Assembly: GCA_965220055.1 (NCBI GenBank)
Contig: CBDCPE010000004.1
Span: 3,628,962-3,692,961, forward strand
Length of the DNA stretch: 64,000 nucleotides
Reading direction: 5' to 3'
From: Dehalococcoidia bacterium
GTDB taxonomy: Bacteria; Chloroflexota; Dehalococcoidia; Lucifugimonadales; UBA3495
Shown here: positions 8,279 to 22,638 of the stretch, one piece after another
Numbering within the stretch: position 1 is the first letter of the stretch
Layout: each line of letters begins with the position of its first letter
Translations under genes and position numbers: made by a program
The notes under the pieces: model-generated
What the model was told of the DNA's origin: nothing
Seen by the model: only the letters and a program-made list of their open reading frames with translations
Databases searched by the model: none

Positions 8279-11200
8279 ATGCCCGAACCTCATTCTTCTC
8301 CTCTAGCGCTGGCTCGTGACATTCAATTGCAATTAGGGGGTTGGGCATTAACGCCTGCCGTTGCCAAATTGTACAGTCAGTACACCCAGCTTACCGCCGG
8401 CAGACCTGGGGTGAACTTTTGGAGGCCAGGCGAGGCGAGCGAGCGACTTACAGACGCTGCGCATTTGATTGACTCGTCGTTCATCAAGAAGGACGCCGGA
8501 GATAGCGACTGGTACATCGGTATGAGGCGTGCCGGAGAAATTTTAGAATGGCTAAGTCATCCTCAGCTTGAACTCCGCGATGTTCCGACACGACTGCTGG
8601 CTGCCGCCGCGTATCAATTGGCCGGTTATCCAGCGATGGCTGCTAGTTTGCTGGACAGAACCTCTGCGACAAGCGACGAATCTCGCCTCCTGCCGGCATT
8701 GCTGAAAGGCGACTTTGCGGGATTGCTTGGTGGGTTGACTACGTTTTGGCAAGAGCGTCATTTTCAGGCATTGTCGCTCGCTAATGGTAATGGCGACACA
8801 ACCTCTGAACTCTTTGAGCCTGAGTTAGAGGATGTCCTGTTGGATCAAATAGCTAGTGCTTTAGGAGCATTGTGCGCAGAAGCACGTTGGGGAGGAGAAC
8901 AACGATTCGGCGACGCTCTAGAGCAACTTGCAAACATATGTGACTTCTATATGTACAGTGGTGACACGTACTCATGGCTTCTCAGTAGGCTGGTTTCCGA
9001 AACGGCCAAAAATTTGGGAGCACAGTTCATCCGGACTTGCCTAAATCCGCTTTTATACAACCTCGCACCTGGCGGGCAAAAGGCCCTTGAGTTATACGCC
9101 CGCAACGCGTATCAAAACCAAAGATCTGTGATTTGGCCTTCTCAGTCATTAGGCCTATCCCGTCTCAGGACCGGGGAGTCGTTTGCACTATGTACACCGA
9201 CCGGCTCTGGAAAAACTACAGTTGCGGAGATCGCGCTGCTCCAGTGTCTATTCGAAAACGGTTCGGTTGATCAAGAAGATAGCGACACTGCCGGAAACGC
9301 GCCTCTTGGAATGTATTTGGTACCCAGCAGGGCTCTTGCCGCAGAAGCTGAAGCCAAACTACATAGTATCTTGACAAGAGTTTCGTCAGGGGATGACCGG
9401 ATAACCGTCACTGGATTGTACGGCGGTACCGACTGGGGACCGACCGACGCGTGGCTTACGCGTGAAGGCAAAACCGTTCTCATTTGTACATACGAAAAAG
9501 CTGAGGCGATCTTGCGGTTCCTTGGCCCCCTGTTTCTAAACAGACTCAGGGTTGTGGTAATCGATGAAGCCCATTCGGTCGAGTTCAACGGCCGCGACGC
9601 CGAATTGCAAAATGGTGAGAGCCGACCTTTACGCCTAGAAGCTCTTGGTGCCAGGTTGCTCACGCATATTTCCGAGAACAATACCAAAGTCATCGCCTTA
9701 TCAGCCGTAGCCGGGGGAATAGACGATACCCTAGCAAGCTGGGTTAGAGGGAGTAAATCCAAGGCCGATACCAGCGATTACCGAAGTACTCGCCAACTGA
9801 TTGGGAGGCTAGAGTGCCTTCCGGGTAGGAGATCTGACATCCGTTATGACCTGCTGGACGGAACAAGGCTCACATTCAGAGAGCAAGGTAGGGACGATAG
9901 TCCGTACATTAGTGATGCATTGCCACCTCATCCACCAGCCTCCAAATTAGAAAACGGTGGCCCGGAAAAACGGCTGCGCCCGCATCTCTTCTGGGCTGCG
10001 CTTAATTTCGTAGGCTCGGCGGAAACTTCAGGGAATGCGACAGTTCTGATATTTGTACCACAGCAGATTGGTGGTTATGCAGAAGACTTTATTTCTCTAT
10101 TGGAACGGGAATGGTCGGGTGCTGTTCTCCCGTCATTCTTTGAGCCCCCGACAGAGGGTGACAAGGCGGTCCTTTGGACGCGTTGCTTGAACACATGTGC
10201 AGACTACTTCACGACGGCTTCTAGAGAGTATCGTTTGCTTGAGAAAGGCATTGTCGTACATCACGGCAGAATGCCGCGGCTCCTGTCCCGTCTCTTTGTA
10301 GAAGTCATAGAACAACGGATCTCCAATATTGTGTTAGCAACCTCGACGCTGGCAGAGGGTGTCAACTTACCGTTTGAAGTGTTGTTGGTGCCTAGTTTGA
10401 GGCGCGGCCAGACAGACATCTCAGCGAGAGAGCTAAAAAACCTAGTCGGCAGGACTGGTCGTCCTGGTGTCGCCACGGAAGGCAGAACCTTGGTCCTACT
10501 CAGTAACCCAGCTACTGATTGGTCTTCTACCCAAGCTCGTAATAGATATGAAAACATTATAGGGTCGCTTGCTGCTGACCTGAATACCCTGCAAAACGGA
10601 TATTTTGGCCTCAGCCCTCTCGCTCAGTTGCTCATTCAACTGAGGGATCAGTGGGAGCAACTCGACCGTCGCGGCAACATCTCATTCTTCGAATGGTTAG
10701 AACACACTAGGCCATTAGATGAACCTTTACATTCCGACCCGGCGGTGGAATCGCTAGATGTACTCGACTCGATCTTGGTGTCTACGATAGTGGAACTCGA
10801 GCACTTGACTGAGGATAGAACAGCACCTGAAAACCTAGAAGACCGGTTACGTAAAATATGGCAGCGAACCTATGCCCGTTACGCCTCTGTGCGCGAAGAG
10901 GAACTCTCATCCATCTTCGTAAGACGGGGTAGAGCCATTCAGGATAATGTCTACACTGAGCAGGAATACCGACGGAGGCTTTACAAGACGAGCATGCCGC
11001 CTAGGTCAGCATCTATGTTGATTGCCTTATCTGCGGATGTCAGGAACCGACTTAGTGCCGGAGAGTTCTATAGGGCATGGTCGAAGATCAATCAGTTTAA
11101 CTTCATCAGGTCGCTTGTGGAATTGGTGCGAACACATCCACGTTTCAGTATCCCCGAGACTTTGGGAAAGGGAAAGAACGCACCAACCTGGGATCAAATA

Positions 11201-11869
11201 CTTCGATGGTGGCTTGATCCTCAAGGTTGCCGGAAGAAGCCTAACGGCACTCAAGTGTCAGGTTGGTACAATTTCGTATCACAAAACTTCGATTATAGGT
11301 TCAATTGGGGGTTGTCTAGCGTACTGTCCTTAGCGATAGACGAAGTTACGGTAGACTCGTCCGAACCCCTCAGTCTGGAACAATGGCCATTGACGGGCCT
11401 TCCTTGGATATCATTTTGGATCAAGGAACTGATCATTTGGGGTACGCTAGATCCCGTGGTGGCCTTTTTACTGTCTAGGCGCATCGTGTGGACGCGGCGA
11501 GAGGCTGAGGAATTAGCGCAACGTTATTATGTGCAGACGTTGTCTGCTGACCCTAACGAGCAACTTGACCCGTCCGCAATCCGTCACTGGACTGATAGGA
11601 TATCCGCAACTGTTGAGTCGGGCAAGGCGCGACCATCTCCTGCAACTTATCCCGTGGAATTGCTACGTGATTTTTCACATTCAAAGCAATCTCAATGGAG
11701 AGTGATCCCCCTTAGAGCCTCCGACGCTCTTGTTTGGCTGGACCCGGCTGGATTCCCGTTGGCAAAATCGCCTAATCCTACCGAATGGTCCCATGAATGG
11801 TCCGAGAACTATGACTTCTTGCTGTTTAGCGAACAGAAGCTAGTTCGGTCTGTTTTTTATCTTTCGTAG
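8279..11869 (+). CDS. Ski2/Hel308-like SF2 DEAH helicase, 1196 aa (HamB-like)
   Basis: Walker A CTPTGSGKT is at about aa 305 and DEAH (VVIDEAHSV) at about aa 429. Also present are ALSAV, HHGRMP...LATSTLAEGVNLP and GRTGRPG at about aa 724. GGGAGG SD precedes the start. About 290 aa N-terminal and about 460 aa C-terminal are unassigned. Confidence 0.8.
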   Translation: MPEPHSSPLALARDIQLQLGGWALTPAVAKLYSQYTQLTAGRPGVNFWRPGEASERLTDAAHLIDSSFIKKDAGDSDWYIGMRRAGEILEWLSHPQLELRDVPTRLLAAAAYQLAGYPAMAASLLDRTSATSDESRLLPALLKGDFAGLLGGLTTFWQERHFQALSLANGNGDTTSELFEPELEDVLLDQIASALGALCAEARWGGEQRFGDALEQLANICDFYMYSGDTYSWLLSRLVSETAKNLGAQFIRTCLNPLLYNLAPGGQKALELYARNAYQNQRSVIWPSQSLGLSRLRTGESFALCTPTGSGKTTVAEIALLQCLFENGSVDQEDSDTAGNAPLGMYLVPSRALAAEAEAKLHSILTRVSSGDDRITVTGLYGGTDWGPTDAWLTREGKTVLICTYEKAEAILRFLGPLFLNRLRVVVIDEAHSVEFNGRDAELQNGESRPLRLEALGARLLTHISENNTKVIALSAVAGGIDDTLASWVRGSKSKADTSDYRSTRQLIGRLECLPGRRSDIRYDLLDGTRLTFREQGRDDSPYISDALPPHPPASKLENGGPEKRLRPHLFWAALNFVGSAETSGNATVLIFVPQQIGGYAEDFISLLEREWSGAVLPSFFEPPTEGDKAVLWTRCLNTCADYFTTASREYRLLEKGIVVHHGRMPRLLSRLFVEVIEQRISNIVLATSTLAEGVNLPFEVLLVPSLRRGQTDISARELKNLVGRTGRPGVATEGRTLVLLSNPATDWSSTQARNRYENIIGSLAADLNTLQNGYFGLSPLAQLLIQLRDQWEQLDRRGNISFFEWLEHTRPLDEPLHSDPAVESLDVLDSILVSTIVELEHLTEDRTAPENLEDRLRKIWQRTYARYASVREEELSSIFVRRGRAIQDNVYTEQEYRRRLYKTSMPPRSASMLIALSADVRNRLSAGEFYRAWSKINQFNFIRSLVELVRTHPRFSIPETLGKGKNAPTWDQILRWWLDPQGCRKKPNGTQVSGWYNFVSQNFDYRFNWGLSSVLSLAIDEVTVDSSEPLSLEQWPLTGLPWISFWIKELIIWGTLDPVVAFLLSRRIVWTRREAEELAQRYYVQTLSADPNEQLDPSAIRHWTDRISATVESGKARPSPATYPVELLRDFSHSKQSQWRVIPLRASDALVWLDPAGFPLAKSPNPTEWSHEWSENYDFLLFSEQKLVRSVFYLS

Positions 11870-12674
11870 GGTGCCGTGTCTTCGCTACGTTGGCCAATGA
11901 GACCGTATTAAATTAACACGTACAGACTAACTGCCAAAGCTAGGGGGTGTCACGAATTGCCTACAGTCCTCAGGAATGGATAGGATTTGAGGTCTGCACA
12001 GCCAAACAGATGAAACGGTAGCCCTAGACCGTCACCTCCAGGTGGTCGGGCCAGGCGCGACAGAACTCGCGCTGCGGTCCTACCAGGATGGTCCCCGGGT
12101 CGGCGTTGATGAACAGCTTGGGGACGTTGCTGGACGACAGCCACCGGGAGTAGGCATCGACGATCTCCACCACATCGGCGGGCTCGCGGTCCAGGGGAAT
12201 CTGGCGAGGCCAGGTCAGGGTCGGGCGGCGGGACTCGCCGGGCTCCAGGTAGGGGCGGCGGTACACTTCCATCTCCGGTTCGGTCAGTCCGCGCATCACG
12301 CTGGCCGGCAGGATGCGCTCGACGAACACGTTCCGCTCCAGGATGATCTGCTCGCCGTCCGGTGAGCGCATGGACTGGAACAGCCCGCGGGAGCGCTCGG
12401 GCCACTCCTCCCACGCCAGGGGCCGGACGATGGCCTCCATGTAGGCGATCCCCTTGACCCGCTGCTGGTGCCGATGGGCCCAGTGAAACGCCAGGGCCGA
12501 GCCCCAGTCGTGGGCGACCAGGGTGACGTTCTCGGTCAACCCCAGGGCGTCGAACCAGGCGTCCAGGTAGCGGGCATGGTCCACGAATCGGTAAGACCCG
12601 CTCGAGGCCCGGTCCGATATTCCCCCATTCCCAGCAGGTCAGGGGCCAGGCAGCGCGCCGTCTCGGCCACGTGG

Positions 12675-14194
<1,520 letters not shown>

Positions 14195-15068
14195 CTACTG
14201 AGGCCCATGGTATCAGGTTGCCCCAGGGGTTACGCGAGCCCACCCCGGCAGGGCCGTTGACAGAGAACATGAGATGGGGACGCTGCCCGGTCAGTCGCGC
14301 GACCGACGATGCTCTCGCAACCCACATACCCGGCACACTCTGAATTGCTCATGTCGTTACACCGGGCAGTACGAGTTCGCAGCACATCGCCGTTGAGCAG
14401 GTGATGACCGACCGCCGCCGCCTGATGCAGGACGTCCGCGCCCGCTACCTCGCCATGGCCCTCGAGGAAGACGACGGCCGCCACCGCGTCATCGTCGAAG
14501 CCACCAACGCCGTGGAGAACATCTTCTTACTCGCCCAGGGTAAGCCCCGATCCACCGAAAAGATGAGTGTGGCGGCGTGATAAAGGGATGAGAAAGTGCT
14601 CCCGGCTTCGGGGATAATGGTTTCGGACACACAAAACCGACCCCAGACCAGGAGCACCCATCAGATGCTATCACCTGAGCGCCCCGACCGCATCCGCGTC
14701 GCCTTCGACGATCACCGCCTGGTGGCCAATGCCGGGCTGATCCTGCCGGTCACCCTGGCCCACCATCTGGGTCTGGGAGGCTTGGTGGACCGCCACGTTG
14801 ACCTGGGCCGTGCCCCGGGTCGAGCCAACGCGGGGGACAAGGTGCTGACGTTGGTGGCCTCCGCGCTGGCCGGTGGCGACTGCATTGACGACGCCGACGC
14901 GCTGCGCACCGGCAGAACGGCTGGCGCCATCGGCGGCGTGGTGAAGGCGCCGTCCACGTTGGGGACCTTCCTGCGGAGTTTCCGGTGGGGCCAGGTGCGC
15001 CAGTTGGACCGGGTGAGCCGGGAGTTGCTGGCGCGGGCCTGGGCGGCTGGGGCGGGACCTGGCGATGA

Positions 15069-16931
<1,863 letters not shown>

Positions 16932-17371
16932 TTGCTGGCCCGCTGGGCAGCGCGCATCGGTCTGGGTGAGCAACTGGTCACCACCAAGACCCTCCGGCGC
17001 CGCTTCTTCGCCATGGCCGGACGCCTCACTCGCTCGGGCCGTCGCCTCACCCTGCATCTTCCCCAAGGCTGGCCCTGGCAAAACCAGTTCACTCACGCCC
17101 TCACTCGATTGCGTACCCTGCCATCTCCTTCCTGACCGAGCCGTCGGCGCCGAACCCATCCACCATACCTCCCAACGGCCTCCCAGATCCCCGCCAGGCT
17201 GGTCTCCCAGTGTCTCCCCATGTGCGCCGGCCTGGCAATATCGCCCAACACCGCCGCTGTGGGCCGTCCAAATCCCCTCAGCATGGCGGCCGCACCCCCC
17301 ACTCCGGCCACATCTTTGGGATCAGGGCCTCATCGTCTTTGTCTCTTGCCTCACATCCCCCTTCTCTCCCA

Positions 17372-17700
17372 CATGCCTGCATCCTTTCGGTGGATTCGGG
17401 CTAACGAGCTGATCGCATCGGCCAACACTGATGCCGACACCTCTGTGACGGACCAACCCGCCAACCTGGTCCTCACCGTCGAGCCGGGAACCACCAAGCT
17501 CTCCGCCGACTGGGACCCGGTCATGAAATCGACTTCATATCAGGTCCGATGGCGACTGCGCCGGCAATCCTTCGCCGCCGACGCCAGCCGGACATCCACG
17601 GAATCGGACGCAGAAATTGACCTGCCATCGCAAGGCGACTGGATCATCCGCGTCCAAGCCTGCAACCACCACGGATGCGGCAAACCCGCCACGTCATCGT
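17372..17700 (+). pseudogene. Possible fibronectin-type-III-like domain fragment
   Basis: PANLVLTVEPGTTKLSADWDPVMKSTSYQVRWR...IRVQACNHHGCG resembles an FN3 module. There is no credible N-terminus and it abuts the IS1380 remnant. Confidence 0.3.
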
Positions 17701-17800
17701 CATATTCGCTAATTTTTTTGTGGTGGCAGCTATTTCTGCCGCTTCTGCTAGTCGACCGGACGGCGGAGGTTTATTTTACGGCGTGGGAGTGGACATTTGG

Positions 17801-18148
17801 ATGGGAACTGGCTTAGCCAGCATTTTCGCCGGCGAGATTTGGTTTGTTGTTACAGTCGTCTTTTTGGTAGCGGCTGCCTGCCGTAACCGATGTCGCAACG
17901 TCGGTATCGACCGCACTATCTTCACTGTCACTGTTGGCGGGACAGTCGTTTTTGCAATCGTCACCACAGCTTTTGCTGTATTTATCACAGCTATCAGCAT
18001 TGCGAACGCTGATAGGAATTTTGACACGCCTTCGGCAATCATGGCTGGGATCATCAGTTTGCCGACCGGAGTCGCAATGACTGGCGCTGCGGTTCTGATC
18101 GGGGCGGTCTGTCACAGTTATTACCGTCGTGCTATGCGCGAGAGATGA
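17801..18148 (+). CDS. Hypothetical small membrane protein
   Basis: Three to four hydrophobic segments in an AT-richer patch. The start is uncertain (ORF open from 17675). Confidence 0.3.
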   Translation: MGTGLASIFAGEIWFVVTVVFLVAAACRNRCRNVGIDRTIFTVTVGGTVVFAIVTTAFAVFITAISIANADRNFDTPSAIMAGIISLPTGVAMTGAAVLIGAVCHSYYRRAMRER

Positions 18149-18347
18149 TGCGACCCTTCACATGAATTTTCTGTAGGAGAGGCGCAGTTATTTGGACCTC
18201 TCTTTCGTTCGGTTTTTCTGACCTCGCTCGTACCCACCTCGACATGAAAAGCTACCCGTATGGGCGGACATGCAATCGCTTGACGTGGCCGGCATGAATG
18301 ACTAGTCTGATAGCTAGTCATCAGCGAAGGTTACGCCCGGAGGGAGC

Positions 18348-18608
18348 ATGAGCAATGTCTGGCCGGTACAGGATGCCAAGGCCCGTTTCAGCGAGATGCT
18401 GGAGACCAGCCTTGCCGAGGGCCCCCAGATCGTGACCAGGCGGGGTGTCGAGGCAGCTGTGCTGGTGCCTATCGAGCAGTGGCGGCATTTGGAGCGGATG
18501 ACCCGGCCCGGCCTCAAGGAGTTGTTGCTGACTCCGGAGGCGCGCACGGAGGAACTGATCCCGCCGCGGCCGGAGTATCGCAGCCGGTCTCCGGTCAGCT
18601 TCGAGTAG
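18348..18608 (+). CDS. Type II antitoxin, Phd/YefM family
   Basis: MSNVWPVQDAKARFSEMLE...GPQIVTRRGVEAAVLVPIEQW is a typical Phd/YefM N-terminus. It sits 1 nt upstream of a PIN toxin. Confidence 0.85.
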   Translation: MSNVWPVQDAKARFSEMLETSLAEGPQIVTRRGVEAAVLVPIEQWRHLERMTRPGLKELLLTPEARTEELIPPRPEYRSRSPVSFE

Positions 18609-18609
18609 C

Positions 18610-19020
18610 GTGGTGTACCTGCTGGACACCAACGTGGTTTCGGAATTGCGTCGCCCCCGGCCCCATCCGGCGGTGCTGGTCTGGATTGGCGATGTGGCCG
18701 AGGCGGACCTCTACTTGTGCGCTGTGACCATTGGAGAGATCCAGGCGGGCATTGAGATCACCAGGGAACAGGACGCGGTGAAAGCGGCAGAACTCGACCA
18801 GTGGCTGGGCCGGGTGCTGGACACGTACCAGGTGTTGGCGGTGGACGCGATGGCATTCCGGGAGTGGGCGCGGCTGATGCACCGGCAGTCGGACACCCTG
18901 TTGCAGGACGCTATGATTGCCGCGGTGGCCGTGGTGCATCGGTTGACCGTGGTTACCAGGAACGTGCGGGATTTTGAGCGCCTGGGCGTCCCGACACTCG
19001 ATCCCTTCGCCCACCGATGA
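18610..19020 (+). CDS. vapC: PIN-domain toxin VapC
   Basis: YLLDTNVVSELRR at the N-terminus, with later IGEIQ, DAMIAA and VVTRNVRDF, which are conserved PIN acidic positions. GTG start. Confidence 0.85.
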   Translation: MVYLLDTNVVSELRRPRPHPAVLVWIGDVAEADLYLCAVTIGEIQAGIEITREQDAVKAAELDQWLGRVLDTYQVLAVDAMAFREWARLMHRQSDTLLQDAMIAAVAVVHRLTVVTRNVRDFERLGVPTLDPFAHR

Positions 19021-19342
19021 TCTGAGCAAAAGGGCAAGCCGGATCCGATCGCGTGGCGTCGGCGCCCGATACATCCGCCGTCGTACTTCAGCGTCATCCA
19101 TGCGTCACCGCTCCAGCAGTGGCCCTATCTCCATCATGCCCAACAGCAACCCTCACTCTGATTTGTTCACCGACCAACTCAACTACCGCCAATTCTACCC
19201 AACGCCAACGCGGGTTTCACCTTGGCTTCAGTTTAGGCAACTGCTATCGCCGTCGGCTGCGTGGCCCGATTTGCCGCCGCTCATTGCAGCTAAACCACCG
19301 CATGAAAGCGTAACGCGATTTTGGACGTGAACCACCCCCTAG

Positions 19343-20041
19343 CAGGGTGTTGAAAATCGCGGCGGCGTGGCCGGGTGGCAGGATGCGGACCATCTCCAGT
19401 GGGGAGGGTTCACGATGCGGGGCACGGCAGCGCGGCAGGCCACCATGCTCACGGCGGTCACGCCGGACGCTCTGGTTCCCGAAGGTCACCCCATTCGGCG
19501 TATCAAGCCCATGGTGGATAGGGCCCATGGTTGACAGGGCCCTGACCCAGTTGTCCCCGACCTTCAACCGGATGTACGCCGACCACGGTCGAGCGTCGAT
19601 ACCGCCGGAGCATCGATACCTCCGGAGCACCTCCTGAAAGCCGGCCTGCTGATGGCGCTGTTTTCGGTGCGGAGCGCCCGGCATGAGGGGTACCGCTTGA
19701 GCCAGCGGGCACGCAAACGGATTGAGGCGGTCTTCGGCTGGGTGAAGACGGTGGGCGGCGGTAGGAAGTTACGGTACTGCGGGGTCGCCCGCAATCGGCT
19801 GTGGACGGAATTGACCCTAGCGAGCTACAACCCGGTGCGGCTGGCCAAATTGACGGCGGTGGCGGCGTAGAGCAAGGGACAGGTCTTTCTGGATTGCCGC
19901 TGACAACGCCTGGCCGCTCGGAAATCGGCCTCCTGGCAGCGTCAACTAACCCTTTTCAGCCGTGAACCGTGCGCACATGGGCGGCGCGGACGCGACAGAA
20001 AATCCCTACGCGGCCATCACGCTACCCATTTCAACAGCCTG
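19343..20041 (+). mobile_element. Internally deleted IS5/IS1182-superfamily derivative, copy 2
   Basis: Collinear with 4651-5303 and has the same IRs. It carries two extra imperfect tandem duplications (19509-19540, 19596-19629). Confidence 0.7.
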
Positions 20042-20056
20042 CTAAATTGACGGGAA

Positions 20057-20506
20057 CTATTGCCCACCGAACGAATCGGAGATTGCTGAGGGTAAATCCC
20101 CTTCCCGGAGTAGGGCGATATCCTGATTACGGAAGTTCACTATTTGCTGAGGATCGGAAAAGTATTCGAATCTTGCTCGTATTGGGTCCAATGTCATCCC
20201 CACCAATTCGAAAGAATCGCTGGGCAGGACAGCATCGGGTTCGTAATCTCTATGCCGAATGTGAGCAACAGAGATCAAAGCCTCAGGAGCGATGTCGAAC
20301 TGGCAGGAAATCTGAACAGCCAAACAACCAGCCCAATCTGACACGTTTGGGCCAGGATTGTTAGCTAATTCCGTCTGCAGCGGTCTTGAGCAGGATGCGC
20401 GCGCCCGATCGATCACCCGAACGGAGGGCTGGCCACTACGGATCAACCGCTCCAGTTGCTCCCGATCTTCCGACGACAACCACACCCGGTATTTCTCTGC
20501 AACCAT
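20057..20506 (-). pseudogene. IS630-family transposase N-terminal HTH remnant fused to unrelated sequence
   Basis: YRVWLSSEDREQLERLIRSGQPSVRVIDRAR matches the IS630 N-terminal HTH. The continuation (RARILLKTAADGIS..) is only readable by frame changes. The 3' part is unassigned. Confidence 0.4.
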
Positions 20507-20629
20507 GGTTGCCGCACCTCCCGCACCGCGGTTTGCCGGACGGCGTAGCAGCCATGGCCAGTGTCGCGCTTTGTCTGCCCGTACAAGATCAACTCAATAC
20601 CAGGGAACCTCTGAATAAGTCTCCCTTCC

Positions 20630-20760
20630 CGTCGGCGGGCCGTCATTCTGGCGGAAGCCGGAATCTACATTCCTGGGTTTGTGGATTCCGGCATGCACCG
20701 GAAGGACGTTGTTACGAGCTTCCCGGAATCTTCACGTCGTTCCCGGAATCGTCACGAAGG
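20630..20760. repeat. Cluster of GATTCCGG/CCGGAATC motifs (REP/MITE-like)
   Basis: ccggaatc or gattccgg occurs four times, including the direct repeat ttcccggaatc.tcacg twice. Lies just downstream of the thiolase stop. Confidence 0.4.
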
Positions 20761-22068
20761 GTACTTGCCCAGCATCAGCCAACCACCGCTGCTGGGCGTG
20801 GTGAAGGCGCACAGGGCAGTCTCCGCCCGCACGGTTACCTGGCGGTCGCCGGCGGTGCCCCGGAGTTGCTCGATGCTGTCGGTGTACATGGCGGTGCGGG
20901 TGCGACCGTTGCCCAGGTTGCCGCCGCTGGAACTGAAGGGGTTGGGGCCCTTGACGCTGATGTCGCCGGCGTAAAAGGCAAGGGCGTCGCCCCGCTCGAC
21001 CCCGTGCCACTGGAACCCCTCCAGGAAGAACTGGGTCATTATGGAGTAGCCGTCGTAGGGGTTGAAGATGTCCACGTCGGCGGGACCCAGACCGGCGCCT
21101 TCGTACATGCGGGCGGCCTGCCGGTCGGTCCACATCTCCACTTCGTCCAGGTCGGGCTGGGTGGTTCGGAACGGGAAGTTGTGCTGGGAATGGTTGAGCA
21201 CGTACACGGGCTGGGAATCCATATCCTGCGCCCGCTCTGCGGTGGTGAACAGGTAGGCCGCCGAGGCGTTGACGGGACGGTCGCAGTCCCAGATGCGTAG
21301 CGGATTCAAGATTGGCCGGGAACCTATGTAGTCTTCTACCGATATGGGTTCGATGTTGTGGGTGGCGTTGTACCCCCAGGGGGTGAGGATCCCGTTCTTG
21401 TGCTGGTTGATGACAAAGGGGGCAAGGTCCTCATGTTCGCCGCCGTACCTCATCAAGTACTGGCGGTGGGGAAAGATGTTGATGAAATCGTTGCCGCCGT
21501 GGTTGCCCCAGGGCACGGTCCACTGGCGTGCGCCCCGGGCGTAGTCGTCGGCATTCTCGCCGCCCCGCCGGTAGCGGCCTTCCATGTTGCCCGTGGGATA
21601 GATGACCAGGCAGGTGGAGCAAACACCGTCGCCCACGGCCTGGGAGGCCATGCCCACCATCTCGCCGATGGTCGGCACCCCGGTGGGAGCAAATTTGACG
21701 TTCTCGAAGCCCATGGTGTTGATGAGCCACTGCGCGTTGATCAGCGTCAGGCCGTACTCCGAATCGTATGGCGGGTCGAAGTAGGGCCGGGGAGCCCACT
21801 GGGAGGTGGTCCCGCCGCTGCCGCCAGCGATGTGGCTGTCACAGCAGACGATGCCGTCCACCTGATCAATGGTGACTCCGGCCTGCTCCATGGCCTTTTC
21901 GCAGGCCATGATGGTGTAAGCGCCCAGGGATTCATCCAGCTTCGTTTCGTCCCACCGCCGGTCCACCGGCGAATGGCCGTAGCCGACGACGGCTACCTCG
22001 CCCCGGTGTTCCCACACCCCCAGGCCGTCCCGGTCCCTGCGCCACTGGAAATTATTGCTGCTGGTCAT
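20752..22068 (-). CDS. Thiolase-fold protein (SCP-x / lipid-transfer-protein-like)
   Basis: 438 aa with overall thiolase-like layout (VAVVGYG..., GxG-rich C-terminus NPFSSSGGNLGNG). Adjacent to a DUF35 OB-fold/Zn-ribbon partner, which is the classic pairing. Confidence 0.7.
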   Translation of the reverse strand: MTSSNNFQWRRDRDGLGVWEHRGEVAVVGYGHSPVDRRWDETKLDESLGAYTIMACEKAMEQAGVTIDQVDGIVCCDSHIAGGSGGTTSQWAPRPYFDPPYDSEYGLTLINAQWLINTMGFENVKFAPTGVPTIGEMVGMASQAVGDGVCSTCLVIYPTGNMEGRYRRGGENADDYARGARQWTVPWGNHGGNDFINIFPHRQYLMRYGGEHEDLAPFVINQHKNGILTPWGYNATHNIEPISVEDYIGSRPILNPLRIWDCDRPVNASAAYLFTTAERAQDMDSQPVYVLNHSQHNFPFRTTQPDLDEVEMWTDRQAARMYEGAGLGPADVDIFNPYDGYSIMTQFFLEGFQWHGVERGDALAFYAGDISVKGPNPFSSSGGNLGNGRTRTAMYTDSIEQLRGTAGDRQVTVRAETALCAFTTPSSGGWLMLGKYPS

Positions 22069-22164
22069 AGTCCGTCCTTTTGTCGCCTATCCACTGATCG
22101 CCTATCCATCGATCGCGTATTCGTTATCGCGTTTCCATGAATCAGCGCGAAGTTTCACCAATGG

Positions 22165-22575
22165 TTATTCCACCACCATCCACTCGTGTATCAACTGGCC
22201 GGGAGCCACTTCCTCGAAGGTAACCTCCACGGCCGCGCCCACCGGTACTTCGTAGGCCGGGACGCCCGGCAGGTTGGAGTAGAAGTTCACAGTGGGGTCC
22301 TGGTCCAGCGTCACCAGGGCAAGATTGTAGGGCTGGTCGAGCATCCGACGGTTCAGGCGGCCGTCCTCGATGACGATGTAGGCGGCGATGTGGCCCTTGC
22401 CTACCACCTCTTTCCACTCCAGCCCATCGGCGGACCCGCACGCTTGGCAAGCCACCTGGGGCGGGTACTGGAGCTTGTCGCAGGCGGTGCAGTTCTGGAG
22501 GACCAGGCGCTGTTCGTTCACCGCGTCCCAGAAAGGCTGGCTGAGTTCATCGGGTACCGGGATTATCTTTGGCAT
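22165..22575 (-). CDS. DUF35 OB-fold / zinc-ribbon acyl-CoA-associated protein
   Basis: FWDAVNEQRLVLQNCTACDKLQYPPQVACQACGS is a CxxC...CxxC rubredoxin-like ribbon, followed by an OB-fold-like C-terminus. Start chosen at MPKIIPV. Confidence 0.75.
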   Translation of the reverse strand: MPKIIPVPDELSQPFWDAVNEQRLVLQNCTACDKLQYPPQVACQACGSADGLEWKEVVGKGHIAAYIVIEDGRLNRRMLDQPYNLALVTLDQDPTVNFYSNLPGVPAYEVPVGAAVEVTFEEVAPGQLIHEWMVVE

Positions 22576-22598
22576 TGCTTGTCTCCAACCATTTCTTT

Positions 22599-22638
22599 TC
22601 ACGCAACTCCGTTACAGATCACGCAACTCCGTTACAGA
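22599..22638. repeat. Perfect 20-bp tandem duplication (tcacgcaactccgttacaga x2)
   Basis: Read directly from the sequence. Confidence 0.9.

Noticed and set aside
21358-22140. 260-aa plus-strand ORF
   Set aside because: It is antisense to the thiolase-fold gene and is a high-GC artefact.
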